Below, piece after piece: positions 1 through 10,998 of a stretch of 27,450 bases of DNA. Location: positions 1 to 27,450 of the forward strand of contig BAAFSQ010000132.1 in the NCBI GenBank assembly GCA_054661495.1. The letters are read 5' to 3'. The position numbers were made by a program, and so were the translations under genes. The notes below the pieces were generated by a model. That model was not told where the DNA came from. It was given only the letters and a program-made list of their open reading frames with translations, and did not search any database. The stretch is from Zygophlyctis sp. KS116 (lineage: Eukaryota; Fungi; Chytridiomycota). Within the stretch, counting starts at the first letter, position 1. Each line of letters starts with the position of its first letter.

Positions 1-75
1 GCTTGAATTCGTTGCAGAGGCCTGGTGGCATGCTAGTAAAAGAGAGAATAAACTTATCAAGCTTTTTGAAATCAT
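1..75 (-). CDS. 5' end of a probable secreted protein (signal peptide); gene continues beyond the window start
   Basis: ATG at 75 opens MISKSLISLFSLLLACHQASATNSS: basic residue, hydrophobic core, A-S-A cleavage-like site. Too short for the ORF track. Confidence 0.6.
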   Translation of the reverse strand, partial: MISKSLISLFSLLLACHQASATNSS

Positions 76-557
76 TTTTAAATGGAACCGACGGCATGGG
101 ACGCCAACACGGCGTCAATTTGGCGGCATGGCCATCATTATTCAATACGAATATATCGTCCTGAATAAATCTAGTGACTCACTCCATAAAGAGAAAATAA
201 ACTTTGCCGAATCTGCATTTTTTTTGCCAATGGAAATTGTCCGTCCGAAAGAGTCTATAGCCGGATTGCTAAAGTATTTAATTCTGATTCATTTATGGCA
301 GCCGAAAAGAAAATGAGATTTCTAGCGTTAGTCGGATAGTTTTATTTTGAGCGAACGGACACCATGTCCGAACTTTATCGATTATTTGCATGATAACGAA
401 AACGGACCTCAATTTTGACTTTGATTGGCTCAAAAGATTCTAAAGAGATATAACATGTTTAGCCTCGTGCTACAACAGCTTTCAATCTTGAGGAAATTTC
501 CCCAGCCTTCTGCAGATAAAACCCAGAGTCCAGTTCGAAGCCTTTATTATCCAACGA

Positions 558-586
558 TAAAAACTCCTAAAAACTCCTAAAAACTC
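558..586. repeat. (TAAAAACTCC) x about 3
   Basis: Seen directly. Confidence 0.9.
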
Positions 587-712
587 AGATCTTTTTTAAT
601 TGGTTAACCCGCATTGAACACGTTGGCACTGCTCTGAAAAATCGGCAGCGCCCGGACCCAAAGCTTAGCATAGTTTCCTTCGTTTAGGTTAGTTTTATTC
701 ACATAAACGATT

Positions 713-2452
713 CTAAATTGAATTCTTTCCGCTTTTAATTGGTAAAGAAACAATTAGTTCATGATATAGTTTTTTAAAGGTCCAGATATTACCCTTAATT
801 CTTTTGAATTCTACTACATATAGTCCAGGAAGATTTTTGATTCGATGAATTTCAATATGAAATCGGATATCTTCTTCAGAATCTCTTACTGATTGTGATG
901 CATATTTATAACCTTCAGATCCATCAAATCCTGAATTGTAACTTGGTCCAAAAGTGGCCCAGTATTTTATCCGCTTTAGTAATGAAATGGGGAAAGCTGT
1001 AAAAGAACCCGAAAAAGATTCTTGTCTTTCTCTTTGCTTATGTGCAATTGTTTCAGCTCCCTGCCTCCAAACTTTTATACGAGCAGAAAAATTGGTGAAT
1101 CCTACCTTCATTCCACGTTTCATCAAGTCTTGAGCAAGATCTGAAAGAAGAATCCAAGGATTTTTTGAAGATAATGCCCTTTGATCAATTGGACCATTAT
1201 GAAACTTCAGATCAGTGATTGGAGAGGGAGAAATAATAGGTCTGTAGACAGCATTTTCTGGAGGAGGAGTAATAGGCTCTTTTTCAGACATTGAAGATGA
1301 AGTAGATGTGGCCTTTGAAACTTTAGTAGAGTTTTGAGGAGAACGCTCTTGATTGTCTTCTATTGGTAGATGAGTTGCTGATTTTGAAAAATCTTCTTTT
1401 TCTGAACCCGGAGAGTTTGCCAAATACCTTGCAGCATCCATGCTTTTCCCACGAGGTTCATAATTTCCCTGTAATTTTTCTGGTTCTATTGGTTCCTTGA
1501 CTTTAATCTGTTCTTTTGATAGAGTAACAGCCTTTCCTATTGTATTTTTAGATTTAGAATCAAAATTTTGAGAATTAACTGAACAGGACTCTATAGTCTG
1601 ATTAATATTCTCCTTGACAGGCTGTATCCATCTAATCTAATTAAAAACCTTTTAAACTTACGGATGATTCAAAATTTCCTCAAGAGTAGCTCTTTTAGCT
1701 GGATCGGGTACCAAGATTTGTTTTAGTAAATGCTTGGCAGACTGTGACACATGATCTGGAAATTCCAAATTAGTTTCTAAAATATACTTGTAAAGCCTTG
1801 TAATATTTTCAGAGTCTGGATTTGAAGGATCATCATCAAATGGTAAATATCCACACAACATTGCATATAAAATAACTCCACAACTCCAAATATCTGCTGC
1901 TTCACCTATATACCCATCATTTATAACTAATTCTGGAGCAGCATAACAAGGAGAACCACAAGAAGTCTGTAATATACCATCACTATCTGTAAATATATTT
2001 GCAAAACCAAAATCTGTAATTATAATTTTTTTGTGAGAGTCTAGTAGTAAATTTTCCAATTTTAAGTCTCTGTGTACAATCTTTTTAGAGTGTAAGTAGT
2101 GTACACCAGTCAATAATTGTCCGAAAAAAGATCTAGCTTCACCTTCTTTTAAATATTTTCTAGTGAGAATATGTTCAAATAATTCACCGCCCGAAGCATA
2201 ATCCATGACTACACCAATAAAAGTATGAGTTTCCAAGACTGTAATGAGTTTAACAATGTGCGGATGAGAAACAATTTTCAAAATCTTGATTTCTCTTAAT
2301 AATTTTGAATGTTTTGAAGCATTTAAATTCTTTTTTTGAATTAGTTTGATCGCAACTTGAGCTTTAGTCTCTTGATGTATTCCTAGTTTTACTTTACCAA
2401 ATTCCCCTTCCCCAAGAGTACGAGAGAGTTTGTACGGACCGATTGTTGACAT
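713..2452 (-). CDS. KIN4: CAMKL family Ser/Thr kinase, Kin4/Frk1/Ppk1-like, with C-terminal KA1-like domain
   Basis: Motifs TLGEGEFGKVKLG, HRDLKLEN, TSCGSPCYAAPEL and the Kin4/Ppk1-type GYLPFDDDPSNP..NI..LYKYI. One 30-nt intron (1632-1661) restores LNHP|WIQ and joins ORF 1658-2461 in frame to ORF 713-1441. Start taken at ATG 2452. Confidence 0.85.
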
Positions 2453-2581
2453 TTTCCACAAAAATTTGACGCACTGAAAATTTTCTTATTTCAGTTTTAT
2501 AAAGTTTAACAGGGAATAAAATTCTTTTTATATTACTTTTTATCGAGCCACTAACTAGCACTAACACAACCAAACAAACGG

Positions 2582-2612
2582 GTATAGGAGTATAGGAGTA
2601 TAGGAGTATAGG
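2582..2612. repeat. (GTATAGGA) x about 4, immediately upstream of the RPB9 ATG
   Basis: Seen directly. Confidence 0.9.
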
Positions 2613-2621
2613 GAGGTTTTG

Positions 2622-3021
2622 ATGGCAACGGTCTTTTGTCCTGAATGGTAACTCCACTCTATAACTCTAGTAATAATCTTCTGTATCCCAGAGAAGACAG
2701 AGTCAACAAAAGTCTTCTAGTCGCTTGTAGATCCTGTGACTATGAAGTAGAATCTCCTTCTTTTAAAGTCTATTCTAGAAATATAAATCTTTCTCAAGAA
2801 AATGATCCAATTCTTGCACTAGTAGATTTATCATGTGATCCAACTTATCCAAAAGTCTTAAACAAGTGTCCGAAATGTTCTAATAATGAAGCAGTCTTTT
2901 TTCAATCTAAATCTAAACAAAAAGATGCTAATATGAAGGTATTCTACTGTTATTTTTCTAAAATTTATAGTTGTTTTTTGCATGTTGTAACACACAATGT
3001 GGTCATAGGTGGGTAGATTAA
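2622..3021 (+). CDS. RPB9: RNA polymerase II subunit RPB9
   Basis: Spliced product MATVFCPECNNLLYP..CRSC..DPTYP..CPKC..EAVFFQ..MKLFFACCNTQCGHRWVD*. Introns at 2648-2670 (23 nt) and 2939-2970 (32 nt). Confidence 0.95.
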
Positions 3022-3980
3022 TGATAATTTTTAATTCTTCGTTGTCTTCTTTGATACCGAATGATTTTACGATAAATAAAATTAGATACATCCTTAAGAA
3101 TAACAGTCACAAATCCTCCAAGAATTGATTTATGAAAACGACTAGGAAAAGTCTTTTCAATCCATGGAAAAGATCCAAGTATAGATCCTACAAAAGTAGA
3201 TATAAATGGTAAAGATAGTGCTCCTAAAGAAAGTCTTAGTATAGATTTTCCTTGAGATTCTTCTTCTTGTAATGTTGCAATTTGAAAAGTTCCTGCATAT
3301 TTCCTTTTTTCACGTTCCAAATCCCATTTACTTAAAGATTCTACTAGTCTATTATATACTAATCTAATCCATGGTAGAGCATAAACAGTAGTTACTGGAG
3401 AAGGAGGCCATGATAACATTAGAGGAAATCTTTTAGGAGGAAACATTAAAATTGGAAATCCAATAAAAAAAGGATCTGGGATAGAAAATCTAGAAAGAAT
3501 TAGAAGTATTGGGATTGATGGAAAGCCAAAACTACATTTTGAGTCTAAATAAATTACGTTATTTGAAATGATAGAGATTCATCCCTGAATAACTTGAGTT
3601 TTTCATCAGTCATTGTAAAAAACATGAATCCACCAAGAATGGCTGATGAAGCAAATACTCCCGTTAAAGTTAATTGACAAACACCCAGTGGAACTATAAA
3701 ATTTATAGCAGAATTTATAGAATTCATTACAGAGAGAACCGGATTAAATGGTTCTTGGATTACATAAGCATATCCACAACTTTGACAAGTGACAGTCTCA
3801 GAGTCTTGTTGTTTCTCATAAATCCTAAAATTATTATCTTTAAATTTACCATCGCAACAAACAATTCTCATGAGTAAACTTTACAGATCCCTTACAATGA
3901 CAAGGCGCAACCCACCGATCATTCTCTTCTACCTCTTCAGCTAGACAGATCCAGCATCTCTTTTCTTGCGTCTCTTGCAT
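3018..3980 (-). CDS. RING-CH (MARCH, MARCH5-like) membrane E3 ubiquitin ligase
   Basis: ATG 3980: MQETQEKRCWICL..WVAPCHCKGSVKFTHENCLLRW..CQSC (C4HC3 RING-CH), followed by hydrophobic segments. Introns at 3825-3849 (25 nt) and 3532-3557 (26 nt). Confidence 0.85.
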
Positions 3981-3986
3981 TTTACA

Positions 3987-4024
3987 AGAAATTATTAGAT
4001 TTTATTAGAAATTATTAGAATTAT
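3987..4024. repeat. (AGAAATTATT)-like 10-mer x about 4 in the 65-nt MARCH/PDCD5 divergent gap
   Basis: Seen directly. Confidence 0.85.
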
Positions 4025-4045
4025 ACGCTTATAGGAAAAGTAAAA

Positions 4046-4440
4046 ATGGCTGATGACGAACTCGCAGCAATCAGAGCCGCTAGAATGGCCCAGTTAAAGG
4101 CACAGGCAGGAAATGGGACTGGAGGTCTTTCTGCACCGGCTCCTTCTGATGACAAGGGAGGCGCATCTCAAGAAATGAAGAGGAGTTTACTCTATCAGAT
4201 TCTATCACCAGAAGCCAGAGAAAGATGTAATTTTACAAAATTTAAAAAATAGTAGCTAGAATTAAAATTGTAAAGGAACAAAAGGCAAATGCAGTTGAAG
4301 AAATGATTGTAAAAATGGCTCAGTCTGGTCAAATTAGAGAAAAAGTGACTGAAAGACAGTTAATTGATTTATTAGAACAGTTTTCAGACAAGAGCACTAA
4401 AATTACTATTCTATCAAAACGATTTGATGATGAAGATTGA
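4046..4440 (+). CDS. PDCD5: Programmed cell death 5 / dsDNA-binding protein (PDCD5/Sdd2 family)
   Basis: MADDELAAIRAARMAQL..LLYQILSPEARERLARIKIVK..KANAVEEMIVKMAQSGQIREKVTERQLIDLL. Intron at 4227-4252 (26 nt). Confidence 0.93.
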
Positions 4441-4585
4441 AATAATATTTTGGATCGGTTTACATTAATTTCATTTTTTTAAATTTGGTGAATTTGGTGA
4501 ATTGGTAAATTCGGACATCAATTTAAGAATTTTGTTGACTTGAGTCCATAATTGTCAATGATTTTTTACAATTTTAGTAGAAAAT

Positions 4586-5601
4586 ATGATCAAGGCATTT
4601 GTTTTAGGATCTCTAAATATTGATCTTGTTCTATCTCTGGATCATATTGTGCAGCCGTCAGAGACTTGCAATGTAAATGGGACTCAAGAGTTTTTAGGAG
4701 GAAAAGGTGCTAATCAGGCTGTTGCATTAGCATTAGCGTCAAGTTCAAATGTTTATTTGATTGCAAATGTAGGAAGAAAGGATTTTAATAGACTGACAGA
4801 TGAACTCAAGGGATTTGGAGTGGTTCCGATTCTTACTTTAGATGAATTAACTGGTCAAGCAATCATTCAAGTTGAAAAGTCTGGAGAAAATGCAATTCTA
4901 TTGATTCCAAATGCTAATATGTCTTGGGATTTAGAAACGATTTATCAGGAATTACTTAATCATAATATTAGTAGAGGAGACTATATATTATTGCAAAATG
5001 AAGTTTCTCTAAATGTGATTCAAAATGTTTTAAAGAGATTGGATGATTTAAAACCAAAAATTGTACTAAATCCAGCGCCTTGTACTCCGGAAATTCTATG
5101 TGATGATATATTACAGCATGTAGCAATCTTGATTTTGAATAGAATCGAAGCTCAACAACTGGCTATAGTTAAGGGGATTCGTGTTGGTGAACCTTCAGAG
5201 TAAGTATTTTAAAAAGTAAAAGTAGAATGGCTCTTGATATATTCAGATCGCTATCATGCTCAATTGTCATTATAACTCTTGGTGGGAATGGACTTGTTCT
5301 TGCTTTCAAGGAAGATTTCGAGTCTGATCCAAAAATATTGGAGTTTAAGGCACTTGAAGGAATTCAGCCAATTGATTCAACTGGAGCTGGAGATTGTTTT
5401 ACAGGGTATTTTGTTGGATCGCTTCTAAAGCATGGTGTTTTGCCTCAAGTTTGGAATGACGAGGCACTGTCCAATATACTTATTTCATCCATTAGAATGG
5501 GAATAGCGGCTTCAGGTATGTCCACCTTAAAAAAAGGAGCGATATTATCTTATCCAGAAAGAAGAATTGTAGAAGAGAAAATAAAGTCTATTTGGGAGTA
5601 A
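4586..5601 (+). CDS. RBK1: Ribokinase (PfkB family)
   Basis: Motifs LGSLNIDL, GGKGANQAVA, GENAI, LLQNEV, NPAP and DSTGAGDCFTG. Intron at 5200-5225 (26 nt) joins the two ORFs. Confidence 0.9.
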
Positions 5602-6577
5602 ATGATTTGGCAGCAAGGACTGATTTTTGCACTGTAGGTGTCTGAGTAGTCTTTGGTTTTGTGACTATACCAGGAGATGTCTTTTTGACAATATTTTCAC
5701 TCAGTCGTGGTAGTGATTTAACCTGTTTGACCAAAGTCTTTGGTGCTGGGATTGGCTTCAACTTTACAAGGAATTTGTTCTTCTTTTTGCCCTTCTTTGC
5801 AGACTTGTTGGCTTGCTCTAATTTTTGTTCCTTTTCTGGATTATAAGAAATTATAATTCTTACCAAGCAATATCCCTTTAATATTAGTATCAGATGTAAG
5901 TTCGGATGCCTTTCGTCCATCATTATTTGTTATATGAGGATTACTCCCAGCAGTAATCTACGTTTTAAAAGTCTGAAATTCTTACCAGAGTTTGTACGCT
6001 TTCACTCAAGTTTCGAACTGAAGCAAAATGAAGAGGGGTGGAACCAAACTGATCCTTTTTCTGAAGATCGTCTATGCTTAAATTTGCCTTTTTTAAAAGT
6101 GAATGTATAATTTGAGATTTTCCAGAGTTTGCTGCCCAATGAAGCGGCGTACATCCAAATTCGTCCGAACTCATGTTTGCCCCAAATTCTAACAAAACAT
6201 TTACTATTTTAGGATATCCCTTTCTACATGCAACTGCAAGAGGTCTAATATAAGTTGTGAATGAATTCATACGTCGATCCATATACAGGACGTTTGCAGT
6301 TTACATTTGCTTTGTCCCATAATTTCATATAAACCTAAAAACATAAATCCCTTGTAACGATTACTTTATCTAGATCTCCCGATTCACAAGCTTCTAATAG
6401 CTGTAGATCGTTAACAGTTAAAGGTTTTTTAGTTGGAATAATTTCAGGAATTCCCGAATCATTGGCTAATGGATTTGCTTGAACTGGACTCAAAGAAATT
6501 TTTCCCTTTTGAAATCTTGAATTGACAGAACTGGGATTTTTAACCACTGGCCTTGATCTTATCTGCTTTGAAGTCAT
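5588..6577 (-). CDS. Ankyrin-repeat protein with basic, low-complexity N- and C-termini
   Basis: About 4 ankyrin repeats (LLEACESGD, GSTPLAVACRKG, GCTPLHWAANSG, GSTPLHFASVRN) after removing four introns of 30, 28, 28 and 28 nt. Confidence 0.85.
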
Positions 6578-6600
6578 AAAGAGTAATGACGTAACAAAAT

Positions 6601-7612
6601 CTATATTATACTCACATCATGTAACGCTACACACGTGACTGCTTTTTGATGTCCATTATAATGTCTTATAGTCTCACCATTTGATAAATCCCATAACCTA
6701 GCAGAATTATCAGATGATCCAGTAACTAAATATGCAGAGTCTGCAGAAAAAGAACAATCCCAAACCCATCTTTGATGTCCAGAAAGAACCTTGTCTAATT
6801 TATAATTATTAGTGTCCCATATTTTTATTGTATGATCCGCTGAACATGTAGCTAATAGTCTAAATTATAAAATCTTGTAAAATTTACTTTGTATCAGGAG
6901 ATAATAAACATTTTGTAATATACTTTGAATGAGCCGAAAACTTATTCAAAGCCTCAAATTCCATATTAGTCCCAGGACCTTTAGTTTTCCAAGAATATAC
7001 ATTTCCCTTATTATTTGCAGCTACTAACAAAGACCCATCAACAGCCATAGATACTGATCTAACAGGTATATCTTCTTCAGGTATTAATTCATGAGTACAT
7101 GAATTCTCTGTCAAATCCCAAATCTTTATACTCCCCGACTGATCACCCGTGATTAATTCCCCTAATATTATCTAATCTTGACAAACCTTGATTAGGATGA
7201 ATCATGACATCATTTACAGGATTCTAAAACATAAAAATATTGTACTTACATTCAATTGATAATCTCTTTGAATCCCTGGGGCTCTAATATCCCATATTTT
7301 AACAGTCCCATCTTCTGATCCAGTGCACAACCATCTTCCAGCCGACTGAAACCCAACAGATGTCACATTCCCTGTATGACCTTCAAAGGAAGTTATAGAG
7401 TTTGCAGAATTAGACTGAACGTCATAGAGCCGCACGTGAGGGTTTCCAGCAGCAACAATAAATCTCTTATCAGGAGAAATCACAATCTTATTCACTTGAG
7501 AGTCTGGAAATTGAATCGTTCGGAGACAAATTCCTGATAATGCTTCCCAGAATCTTATAGTATGATCATATCCAGCTGTTGCAAGAATGACTTCTGAGAC
7601 TGAACCAGTCAT
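6601..7612 (-). CDS. LST8: TOR complex subunit LST8 (WD40)
   Basis: [60 protein letters not shown]. Introns of 26, 25 and 28 nt. Stop TAG at 6601-6603. Confidence 0.95.
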
Positions 7613-7633
7613 TTTTAGCGTCAAGGGGTCGTC

Positions 7634-8475
7634 ATGGATCCTGTTCCCAAACTAATTCCACCCAAAGACATTTATGATGTTTCTTTTCAATTGTCATCCG
7701 ATCAGACAAGATGTATTTCTGAATTATCAGGACTGGTGGATCCTATAGATTCTGCATGGGTCGACGATCAATGTTTGCATCGGTTTCTACGAGCATGTAA
7801 ATGGGATGTGACAAAGGCCGCTTCAAGGATCAGAGATACAGGCAAATGGAGACGGGAATATGGTCCAGATTCTATACTTCCAGAGCATGTGGAAAAAGTC
7901 GCTGAAGCAGGAAAACAATTTTTAAGTGGTTTTGATAAGGACGGACGACCGATTTGGTACATGATTCCAGCTAAAAAGTCTGAGATTCATAGTGTTGATG
8001 ATCAGTTGAGGTTTGTAGTCTATATGATTGAAAAGGCAATTTCTTTAATGCCAAAGGGAGTTGATTCATTGGTGATAATTATTGACTATTCAAATATGAG
8101 TATCTTTAATGCTCCAAGTTCTGGGACTGGAAAAAAATTTCTGCATATACTAAGTGAATATTATCCTGAACGTCTAGGAAGAGCTTTTATAGTTAATCCG
8201 GTATTTTATACAATTATAATGGTTAGACGTGGTATTTGTGGACATTTTTTACGCTTTTGGGTCCATTTCTTGATCCTGTTACAAAGGAAAAGGTTCATCT
8301 GATTAATCATGCAAAGGATGATGATAAAGAGTCAAATCAAGATTCAAAAAAACATGCACTCAAGGCAGGAAGTATTACAGACTATGTTGATCATGATCAA
8401 CTGTTGAAGGATTATGGAGGTTGTCATGCTTTTGAATGGGATTTTAAAGTATACTGGGGTCATTTGCACAAATAG
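7634..8475 (+). CDS. CRAL-TRIO/Sec14-like lipid-transfer protein (Pdr16/Sfh3-like)
   Basis: CLHRFLRACKW, GFDKDGRPIWY, YYPERLGRAFIVNP|TWYL, PFLDPVTKEKV, QLLKDYGG. Intron at 8201-8226 (26 nt). Confidence 0.9.
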
Positions 8476-8477
8476 TT

Positions 8478-10852
8478 TTATATTAAAAGTGATTTGTAAT
8501 GATTTCGGTAAAGATCAGTGCGATTAAGAATTGAGATACTTGTTCCAACTTTTACATATCCTAAAGCATAAACATTCATATTTTTCCCACTAGTGTCTTG
8601 GAAAACTACTGACTCAGAGACTCTAGTGACTATAGAGTCATTGTATTTGAACCATTGTTTTTCTTCTTGGTTCCAGAGATATAACCAGTAATGTCCATAT
8701 CCTGCATCACCTTCATGGATAAATACTGCATGTAATCTATACTCTATTGTTTTCATGTCTGAATACACTTCATTAATGTAGCTTTGGAGTGATAATATTT
8801 CAGACTGCAAATTAGCAATTTCTTCCTTGAGGTTTTGGATGGAAGCACGCAAGTCCATTGCTATAGATTGTGCAACACTAGATTCTTTATCTTTTACAAG
8901 CAAATCAAGTGTACTTTCAAGAGCCTGAAGTGGAGGTGGGGAAGTATCCTAGATATGAGCAATAAATAAAAATACCGATTTTTTCCCAAGAGAATCCAGT
9001 AATTTTTGCTTATTTGCTAATTCTATTCTTAACTCATTCATTTTCACTCTCCGATCATTACAAGAGACATAATTCGCATCCATGTATCTGTCCAAGTATA
9101 TAACCGGATAAAATTGTGTAAATTCGTTTGATTTGTATGCGTTTTTTGTTTCTAGATCAAATTTAACACGGTTTATGTGTATCATTAAGCATTGGGGAAG
9201 CTCTGTTATTGAGAGATACTTTTCACCAGACGTATTTTCTACGTCAACTTGACTTTGAGAAAAATAAGTATCGAGGCAAACGTATATATCATCAAAAACA
9301 TCTACAATCAAAGAGTTGAATTCTTCCTCTTTAGTACTCCTTTCTACCTTTCCTTGCTTTGTATAAGTTAAAGTCTGCAAAATCTTTCCAAAAAACAATG
9401 ATTGAATAATCGCTTTACTTTCTCCTTTGAAAGCATCTTGAAACATATCCAAAATAGATTCTAGACATTCTGTGATATCTTGCTGCTCACCAAAAGCCAA
9501 TGCCATTTCAGCAATCTTCCTATCTAAAGAGATACTTTGTTCATCTGATACAATCATTTGAAGAAACAATTTCTTTAAACATGCAACAAATTCCTCTGCT
9601 CTTGATAGTTTTGAACCTGCCTCTAAATTGTACAGATCCAATATATGATGTATGTCTTTGAAAGAGAAAAAAAATTGCAAAATTGAATTAAGATAGCAGA
9701 TATTCCCAACATTATTTAAACCTATTGGTCTTTGGATTAAAACTAGAAAAATTACAAGAGTTGACAAGATTCAGCCATTTGAACGTCCTTGCTATTACTT
9801 GAAATAACAATTCCAGTCTCTAAAAAATGTGAAATAACAAGACTATCCCTTCCAGCAGCAATAACCTTTAAAGCCTCTCTTCTATCTTCAATATTTGAAA
9901 ACACTGATGTAAACCTTGACAAAATATCATAATCACTTGCATCGCTAGACTCTCCCAGAACATTATACGCATCGCTAAGTTCAGAAAAAGTAGGAATCCC
10001 TTTTGAACGTTCCATGAGCGCAAAAATTTCCAAATCAGAATCAATTTTTGCTATTTCTAAAAGAGCTTCCAAATACACCGAAATATTACTTGAATCTTCC
10101 TTTATACACTGTTTATACGCATTTTCCACTCTTGTAGAATTTTGAGACAAGCTTGAATAAAATGAAGGCGATAATATTCCTAATTTTTCATAATATTGAT
10201 TCCCTTGAATTGTCTTTTCTAAAAACTTTTCAAAATCTAAATTTCCTTCAACTCCAATCTTTCTAGCCAAAATCTGCAAACCTTTTTCCAGTAAAAGATT
10301 ATATTTTCCTAAAATATCATGCATGTTATTAAATCCCATATAAATCAAAATTTCCAATTTAACTTGAATCAAGTTTTTTAAATCAGAATCTATCAGTACC
10401 CAAAAACCATTTTGTAACTTGTAACCAGCCTTATTCAAGATAATTAAACCATGTTCATCCATAACTTTTGATAAAAACTTATTTTCAGAATTTATCGGCA
10501 TAGAATTTCCATTTAAAACATTTTGAAAATATACTAGCAAGATATCCAAAAGTCCGATTTTAGATTGTTGTAAAACAAATGTTTGCAAAATTGGCTGTTT
10601 CCATGAGAAATCAATTTCCAAAAAACAAGAGCAACATTTATACTTTTCAGACTTAAAATCCATGGCGCTTGACTCTGTATTTAAATGATAATGATGCTTT
10701 CGACAATCCGACGCTGGAATTTCAACGAGAAAATGTCGACAATTTCTACAAGTATATGCATTATCTACTTTATAAACATTATGTATTCCATTTGCCTCTG
10801 GACAACTAAATAGCAATTTCTTTGTCAGCAAATCCGGAAAAATCATTGCCAT
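8478..10852 (-). CDS. UBP2: Ubiquitin C-terminal hydrolase, Ubp2-like (USP/C19)
   Basis: Cys box PIGLNNVGNICYLNSILQ, QQDITE, His box YRLHAVFIHEGDAGYGHYW. N-terminal Cys/His-rich region and Ubp2-type repeat (AYNVLG..SDYDIL..REALKVIA). Two introns; the boundary near 9730-9765 is ambiguous (23 or 26 nt, same frame). Confidence 0.85.
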
Positions 10853-10901
10853 GGCCCAGGCCTACTCTTTGACTGACAGTCAGACTTATCAGACATCACA
10901 A

Positions 10902-10957
10902 AGAATTTAAAGAAAAACGTCCTCAGGAGAGAATTTGAAGAAAAACGTCCTCAGGAG
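10902..10957. repeat. 28-bp direct tandem repeat AGAATTTRAAGAAAAACGTCCTCAGGAG x2
   Basis: Seen directly, one mismatch. Confidence 0.9.
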
Positions 10958-10967
10958 AGATTTTGGT

Positions 10968-10976
10968 GGCGCGAAA
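10968..10976. promoter_or_regulatory. GGCGCGAAA, matching both the E2F site (TTTCGCGC) and the SCB (CGCGAAA)
   Basis: Exact match in the 146-nt UBP2/DRS2 divergent intergenic region. Single short site. Confidence 0.35.
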
Positions 10977-10998
10977 TTTCCTGCGGCAGTTTCAAACA

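Noticed and set aside
128-316. 62-aa ORF
   Set aside because: No recognisable features; lies in the promoter-like gap.
452-552. tRNA gene suggested by TAGC..GTTCGAAGC
   Set aside because: T-stem and acceptor stem do not pair; no cloverleaf.
10843-10896. Upstream ATG 10896 as UBP2 start
   Set aside because: Out of frame (ends at TGA after 17 codons), and no GT-AG pair of suitable length fixes the frame. At most a uORF.
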